The notes under the pieces: generated by a model | Databases searched by the model: none | What the model saw: only the letters and a program-made list of their open reading frames with translations | What the model was told of the DNA's origin: nothing | Position numbers and translations under genes: made by a program | DNA from: a virus | Lineage: Duplodnaviria > Caudoviricetes | Direction: 5' to 3' (one strand) | Length of the DNA: 53,867 nucleotides | IMG/VR virus record: IMGVR_UViG_3300032265_000458 | Coordinates: 1 to 53,867 of that record | Part shown: positions 48,858-53,867 of the stretch, piece by piece | How the letters are laid out: the number at the start of each line of letters is the position of its first letter | How positions within the stretch are numbered: the first letter of the stretch is position 1

Positions 48858-49306
48858 TAGTTTCCTATGATATTGACGGAGTCCTTGCAGCCCAACCCCC
48901 ACCAAATGAAAAGAAATGGGGTAGGATGAATGGAACAGAACGTAAGGCAAGGAAGGAATTTCTTATAGATTGGTATACCAATGCCGAGAATCTAATCCAA
49001 CCAGCTGAAACCACCTTCCACGCTATTTCTGCAAGAAAACGAGAACCCAGAGTCTATGAAGTCACAAAAGACTGGTTGAATAAATATTATCCTGAGAGAG
49101 TAATTTCATTCCATTTATTGGGTGAATCTAGGTCTGTAGCCAATGTGGTAGCTTATAAATCCAATAAGGTTTTAGAACTTGGTGTAAGTAGGCATTACGA
49201 AGACAATAAAAAAGTTTTACGAGGTATGCGGAAGATCCTTCCTATCGATATTGAACTATATTTCTGGGAAAGGGGAATGGATCTACCGATACCTTTTATC
49301 AAATAA
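48854..49306 (+). CDS. HAD-superfamily phosphatase
   Basis: SYDIDGVLA (motif I), ISAR (II), K (III), HYEDN (IV). Confidence 0.85.
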   Translation: MIVSYDIDGVLAAQPPPNEKKWGRMNGTERKARKEFLIDWYTNAENLIQPAETTFHAISARKREPRVYEVTKDWLNKYYPERVISFHLLGESRSVANVVAYKSNKVLELGVSRHYEDNKKVLRGMRKILPIDIELYFWERGMDLPIPFIK

Positions 49307-49315
49307 AGGTGTTTC

Positions 49316-50005
49316 ATGAAGTATATCCAAACCTTAGATTTTGATTTTGTGGAATTCCTCAATTTCGAGGACAGACCATTTCGTGCAAAATTCATACCAG
49401 CCAAAGTCTGGAATGATTTAGACAATTATAAGAATGATGCTATCGGCTTGAGGAACTACTTCAAGAAGTGGCGTTTTTCCATTGTATGGCATTCTGAAAA
49501 GAAACCAACAACTCAAATATCAGTCGGTGGTGGTTACTATCCAGACAAAGGCTGTTCTGAACTAGATATATGGACTAGTCCAGACACAGACTATAACCAT
49601 CATAAGTTTACCGATGCATCATGGAAAAGGTTCAAGTATAGAACTATTCAAGTAGCCATGCATGAACTTATTCACTGTAAACAATATTACGGTAAGCCAG
49701 AAGAATACTGCGCCAGCAAGGTGTACTATTCTAAAACTGGAATAAATCGAATAGATGATAACAGAGATTATCATGCTGGTCGAGATGAGATTGAGGCATA
49801 CGCTAACTGTGTATACTTAGACTTTAGAACTAAACGTCCAACAGTTCCAATCGCTGAACTAATCCGCCACGCAAAAACCTATAAGGTTTCAAAAACACTG
49901 TCAGGGATCCAAAAGATCTTCCGCACAGATCGTCATAATGAGGTTATCCCTCTACTTCTCCGTAAGATCCTAGTCTGGGAAAGAAAGTACAACAAATATA
50001 CTTGA
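49316..50005 (+). CDS. HEXXH zincin-like hypothetical protein
   Basis: MHELIHCKQ and downstream DEIEAYA. Confidence 0.65.
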   Translation: MKYIQTLDFDFVEFLNFEDRPFRAKFIPAKVWNDLDNYKNDAIGLRNYFKKWRFSIVWHSEKKPTTQISVGGGYYPDKGCSELDIWTSPDTDYNHHKFTDASWKRFKYRTIQVAMHELIHCKQYYGKPEEYCASKVYYSKTGINRIDDNRDYHAGRDEIEAYANCVYLDFRTKRPTVPIAELIRHAKTYKVSKTLSGIQKIFRTDRHNEVIPLLLRKILVWERKYNKYT

Positions 50006-50013
50006 CCTAAATA
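50006..50013 (+). promoter_or_regulatory. Late-promoter motif CCTAAATA
   Basis: Intergenic before the 50039 ORF. Confidence 0.5.
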
Positions 50014-50038
50014 TACAATAATAATAATTGGAATATTT

Positions 50039-51247
50039 ATGGCTAAGATAGCAAATGAGTTAGACCTGAGAGCGATTCAGGCTAAACTCACTCCTGCTGC
50101 CAAGAAAGAATGGAAGGTTATCTGTGCTGGTCTTTCAGACGTACAGGAAGCAGTTCTAAAGAAACTCTGGCAAACCCCAGCAGTCACCTGTTGTATATAC
50201 ACAGGTAGCGTTACCTTTAGAATAGGAACTGGTTCTGTAAAGGGAATGGCTATTTCCCCTGCAGGATTCAAAACTTCATTCTCCCCAAAGGGAACAACTG
50301 CTTCTGATATATTCTTAAAAAAATATGATAGAAGTTTCGCTGTAACTTCCACAGAGAAGTTTATTATTACATGCGCATTTTATTTTCTGATCCATGCTCC
50401 AGATAGAGTTAAAACTGAATCTGATAAGACAGAAGCGTCAGAAGGACAACAAGTCTTAGCAACACAAGCAGCATTAAAAGCACTTGTTAAAGAGTATGGT
50501 GAGATTCGTTTAAAGATTGGTGACAACTCTTACAACGTAGATGAGTTCTCACAATACACTGCTGGTCGTCCAAAAGCAGATGCTACTTTCAAATATAAAG
50601 GTGTTGACGTTGTTTGGCTATCACTTAAGAAGGGTGGTAAACCAGCTGACTGGCAACAATATGGTGGTAGTGCTGACCTTGGAATTGTTGGTGGAGATGT
50701 GACTAAGTTTCCAGATATTAAATTATTTGCAGATAATATCACTAAAGTCTTTGAGGCACTTGGTGTTTCAAAAGGTAAGAACGGTAAATATGATTTTAAT
50801 TCTTTGGATAAAGGATCTTACTTTGGAATGCCATTGAAGAATCATATGGTAGCATGTAAAGTTATGTATGGAAAAGACTTCGGTCCAAAGTTTGGAATCA
50901 ATAATTGTAACGTATGCGTTGATGGTGATTTAAAATTCATCAAAGCCAGAGGAAGTAATGAATTTGAATTGGGTGGACAATATCACATAAGTGTCAATCC
51001 CTATGAATTCAAAAGCCCAAAATTCCCAAAGTACGATCCAGCCGATCTTTATGCTCCAGTTCTTTTTGTGACCAAAGCACAGAACGTAAACCAGATAGGA
51101 TTTGATCATGCTAGGTTTTATATTTGGCCACAGAACGTACCTGCTAAAAAAGGTATCCAAAACCTAGATGAGTCGCTAAATACTATTGCTGGTAAGAATA
51201 AATCGGCTCTGGCAGCTATGGCTACTAAATTCCTCCCCTCAAAATAG
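50039..51247 (+). CDS. Putative PD-(D/E)xK restriction-endonuclease-like protein
   Basis: EASE helix, PKADATF, WLSLKKG..WQQYGG. Confidence 0.55.
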   Translation: MAKIANELDLRAIQAKLTPAAKKEWKVICAGLSDVQEAVLKKLWQTPAVTCCIYTGSVTFRIGTGSVKGMAISPAGFKTSFSPKGTTASDIFLKKYDRSFAVTSTEKFIITCAFYFLIHAPDRVKTESDKTEASEGQQVLATQAALKALVKEYGEIRLKIGDNSYNVDEFSQYTAGRPKADATFKYKGVDVVWLSLKKGGKPADWQQYGGSADLGIVGGDVTKFPDIKLFADNITKVFEALGVSKGKNGKYDFNSLDKGSYFGMPLKNHMVACKVMYGKDFGPKFGINNCNVCVDGDLKFIKARGSNEFELGGQYHISVNPYEFKSPKFPKYDPADLYAPVLFVTKAQNVNQIGFDHARFYIWPQNVPAKKGIQNLDESLNTIAGKNKSALAAMATKFLPSK

Positions 51248-51345
51248 TAGTTGTTTTTACGCAACTAGGGAATAAATAGTTCTTTACAATAATCCAATTA
51301 TAAGGTATAATAGTCTTATGGTTGGAATGTTAGTCTTTATAAATA
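51248..51345 (+). promoter_or_regulatory. TAGTTG-N8-CAACTA palindrome, early promoter and late promoter in tandem
   Basis: Palindrome 51248-51267; TTTACA (51283)-N17-TATAAT (51306); TATAAATA 51338-51345. Confidence 0.75.
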
Positions 51346-51373
51346 AAATTATAACTTTATAGATGGGTAAATA

Positions 51374-52579
51374 ATGAAATCATTCCAGTCTTTTTTAAAA
51401 GAAGAAGCCGAAGCCGAAGCCGAAGGCACGAAATTAAAGCACATCACTCATCCTGAGGATCGTCCTTTAATGCATGGTCACGAAGGTTTCGAGCATGCTC
51501 ATGGCGCATTGACCCATGCGCACGAACACATGAAAGCTGGTAAGAATAACGCAAACCTTACTACAAAGTACGACGGATCACCAGCTGTGGTTTTCGGTAC
51601 TCATCCAAAAAATAAGAAGTTCTTTGTTGCTTCTAAGTCTGCATTTAACAAAGATCCAAAAATCAATCATACTGATGCTGATATTGATAAAAATCATGGT
51701 CATGCTCCAGGTCTCGCAGATAAATTAAAAGCTGCACTACACCACCTACCAAAAGTAACACCAAAGGGTAAAGTATATCAGGGTGATATTATGCACTCTG
51801 AGGGTGATGTTCAACACGATAAGAAAAAAGGAACTGCTTCCTTTACACCAAACACCATCACTTACACTGCGCATGGCGATGAAGCCAAGAAAGCTGCAAA
51901 GGCAAAAGTAGGTGTTGCGGTTCATACCCAATACCATGGTAAAGACATTCAATCGATGTCTGCTCACCACGAAGTTAATCATGATGAGTTTGGTCAGCAT
52001 CCTGATGTTCACCACCACGATGCTAGCTATGATACTAGTACAGTTAATCATTCTCAAGCTAATCAAGATGAATTCCATAAGCACATGAATGCTGCGAAAG
52101 CGATTCATGATGAACATGGATCTAAAATGTATAACGCTGTGCACCCAAGTCACAGTGGTGATAGTGGTCATCTTGCTACATACATTAACTCAACTGTTAG
52201 AACCAATAGCACTCCAAACGTAAAAGGTTTTAAGGCACATCTTCAAGCCCATCACGATAAACAAGTTGCTGGTGTTAAGACTGAGAAATCCCAAAACGCT
52301 AAACGTGAAAAGGGTAATGAAGAACTTGCCCACGTTGAAAAGAATAAATCTCATTATGAGAATGTATTGAATGCTCATAATCACTTGGCTGCTGCAAAGA
52401 ACACTTTAGTTAAATCTTTGGAGAGTGGACATAGCAATTATGAACATCATATCGAAGGTAAAGAATCCAAACCAGAAGGTTTCGTTATTAACCATGAACA
52501 CAATGGTAAAACAGAACCATCTAAACTTGTGAATCGTGCTGAGTTCGCAAGATCTAACTTGTTAAAGGTGCGTAAATGA
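51374..52579 (+). CDS. His-rich ligase-like covalent nucleotidyltransferase (DUF6267-like)
   Basis: TTKYDGSP (KxDG), YQGD, FTPNTITY, PEGFV, KLVNRAEF; about 47 His in 401 aa by hand count. Confidence 0.7.
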   Translation: MKSFQSFLKEEAEAEAEGTKLKHITHPEDRPLMHGHEGFEHAHGALTHAHEHMKAGKNNANLTTKYDGSPAVVFGTHPKNKKFFVASKSAFNKDPKINHTDADIDKNHGHAPGLADKLKAALHHLPKVTPKGKVYQGDIMHSEGDVQHDKKKGTASFTPNTITYTAHGDEAKKAAKAKVGVAVHTQYHGKDIQSMSAHHEVNHDEFGQHPDVHHHDASYDTSTVNHSQANQDEFHKHMNAAKAIHDEHGSKMYNAVHPSHSGDSGHLATYINSTVRTNSTPNVKGFKAHLQAHHDKQVAGVKTEKSQNAKREKGNEELAHVEKNKSHYENVLNAHNHLAAAKNTLVKSLESGHSNYEHHIEGKESKPEGFVINHEHNGKTEPSKLVNRAEFARSNLLKVRK

Positions 52580-53622
52580 AATCGTTTAAATCTTTCTTAA
52601 CTGAAGAAGAACTCTACGAACAGGTATTGGTCGAGAGTGCTGACGATGCTACCAAAGAACATGGCGTTTCAAATAACACCAAAGGTGTTCTACATGAACT
52701 TCTAGTTGGTAAGCATTTAAATAATGGTAAGCATTTAGAGACTCACAAAAACGAACACAACGAAACACCTGAGCAGGCGCATGATCGTTTGAAGTCAGCA
52801 GTTCATCCAAACGATTATAAGCGTATTGACTCCAACGCTAAGTCTGCTGCTGGTCACATTAAGAAACATATTGAAACTACTCATCCAGGACATGCTGTGC
52901 ATGGTGTTCATTGGACTTCAAAACCTGGAGATACCGAAAAAGTAACTGGTCATAAAGCAACACAGAAAGATGATTCATCTGATGTTTATGTTTCTACCAA
53001 GCATCCTAAGACTGGTAAAGTAACTCATCATGGTGTAAGTTTAAAAGTTAGCGACCAGTCAAGTAAGAACATTCCTTCTTCAAGTCTTGGTATGGAATCT
53101 GGTGGGTCAAAAGCCAAAGAACATTTTGCTGCTCACAAGGCAGATATTGTTAAAGCGCATCCCCAGCTGGCTGGCAAAAATAAAGAGCAACGTAAAGAGA
53201 TCGCCAAAGCAGATCCTAAGATGCATGCTGATGTTAAAGAACGTAACAAAGTATTACTACATAAGGTTGCCCATAGTCATGCTGCTGAATTGCAGCACCA
53301 TCTAGATTCTGGTAATCATGAGCACGTAGTTAAGCATATCCGTGAAGTTCTTCATGCTCATAAAACACCTGCTCAAGAAGCTGGACATAGTTTTATCAAG
53401 CACACAACATATCAAACTGCTAAAGGTGTTCAACACCATGCCAGTAACCCAAGTGAAGACCATGAGCATATCCTCAAAGATCATAAGAATCTTTCAGTAA
53501 AATCTAGCGGTGGTTCGGTTCACTTCTATCACAAAGACAAAAAGTTTGCTTCTCAAGCCCACAAGTTGGATTCACAAAGTGATCCACTGAGTTCATTGAA
53601 GAGCGCAGGAAAGGCTGTATAA
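52576..53622 (+). CDS. His-rich protein with PD-(D/E)xK-like motifs
   Basis: KGVLHELLV, DDSSDVYV, GVSLKV; about 42 His in 348 aa by hand count. Confidence 0.5.
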   Translation: MKSFKSFLTEEELYEQVLVESADDATKEHGVSNNTKGVLHELLVGKHLNNGKHLETHKNEHNETPEQAHDRLKSAVHPNDYKRIDSNAKSAAGHIKKHIETTHPGHAVHGVHWTSKPGDTEKVTGHKATQKDDSSDVYVSTKHPKTGKVTHHGVSLKVSDQSSKNIPSSSLGMESGGSKAKEHFAAHKADIVKAHPQLAGKNKEQRKEIAKADPKMHADVKERNKVLLHKVAHSHAAELQHHLDSGNHEHVVKHIREVLHAHKTPAQEAGHSFIKHTTYQTAKGVQHHASNPSEDHEHILKDHKNLSVKSSGGSVHFYHKDKKFASQAHKLDSQSDPLSSLKSAGKAV

Positions 53623-53867
53623 TGAAAACATTTAAAGGTTATCTTGATAGCTGTGTAAAAGAAGAAGTAGAACAGCACCACGCATTAGCATTTGGTCGCA
53701 TGAACCCAATTACTTCTGGCCATGAGGCAGTAGTTAATAAATTGCATTCAGTTGCCAAAGAACATAATGCTACTCATAGTCTTGTAGTTTCTCATAGCCA
53801 AGATGCTAAGAAGAATCCTTTATCTGCTGAACAAAAAGTTAAGCACGCTAAACACGCATTCCCTGGA
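53622..53867 (+). CDS. Cytidylyltransferase-like (HIGH-superfamily) protein, 3'-truncated, not in ORF track
   Basis: Translates MKTFKGYL...AFGRMNPITSGH...SHSQDAKKNPLS...K...FP. Confidence 0.85.
   Translation, partial: MKTFKGYLDSCVKEEVEQHHALAFGRMNPITSGHEAVVNKLHSVAKEHNATHSLVVSHSQDAKKNPLSAEQKVKHAKHAFPG

Noticed and set aside
621-53484. Numerous minus-strand and nested alternative-frame ORFs in the ORF track (e.g. 621-875, 869-1084, 23738-24364, 23781-24341)
   Set aside because: They lie wholly within well-supported + strand genes, show no recognisable motifs, and are explained by codon periodicity or repeats
1-53867. Stop-codon reassignment, tRNA genes, or cyanophage identity
   Set aside because: Core genes are full length under the standard code with TAA, TGA and TAG all used as stops; no cloverleaf/T-loop pattern noticed in the spacers; no psbA, hli or other cyanophage markers in the window

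Overview
A 53.9-kb segment of a large, AT-rich T4-like myovirus. The gene order resembles cyanophage/pelagiphage T4-likes, but no photosynthesis genes occur in the window. The host is probably a proteobacterium (inference from sigma70 promoters, an IHF site and an IbpA-type Hsp20 with a ROSE-like hairpin). All credible genes are on the + strand. In order: a collagen-type tail fibre; the neck/tail/head module (gp13-gp23 and gp3, with gp16 absent from its usual place); uvsY-uvsW-gp55; gp47/46; a vWA-peptidase + CobS-like AAA pair; gp45/44/62-regA-hsp20; an early region with DNA ligase; then dexA-gp43-uvsX-gp41. The most striking element follows gp41: a three-gene candidate DNA hypermodification cassette (JBP/TET-family dioxygenase, T4 beta-glucosyltransferase-like GT-B enzyme, HAD phosphatase) with no methyltransferase visible. 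The dioxygenase ends in LEEFFG, almost identical to the clamp-binding tail of the phage DNA polymerase (LEDFFG), and the glycosyltransferase starts with a similar peptide. This suggests a sliding-clamp-tethered, possibly base-J-like pathway. Downstream lie two restriction-nuclease-like genes and an operon of His-rich proteins (~12% His in the two complete ones) with T4 capsid-targeting-like N-termini: ligase-like, nuclease-like and cytidylyltransferase-like. Non-coding highlights are a ROSE-type thermometer hairpin before hsp20, a GTTG-N8-CAAC palindrome upstream of several early promoters, a perfect IHF consensus, perfect sigma70 promoters embedded in coding sequence, an antisense promoter before gp55, and a G-quadruplex motif in a C-rich spacer. 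All assignments come from motif recognition, synteny and remembered reference sequences; no database searches were run.
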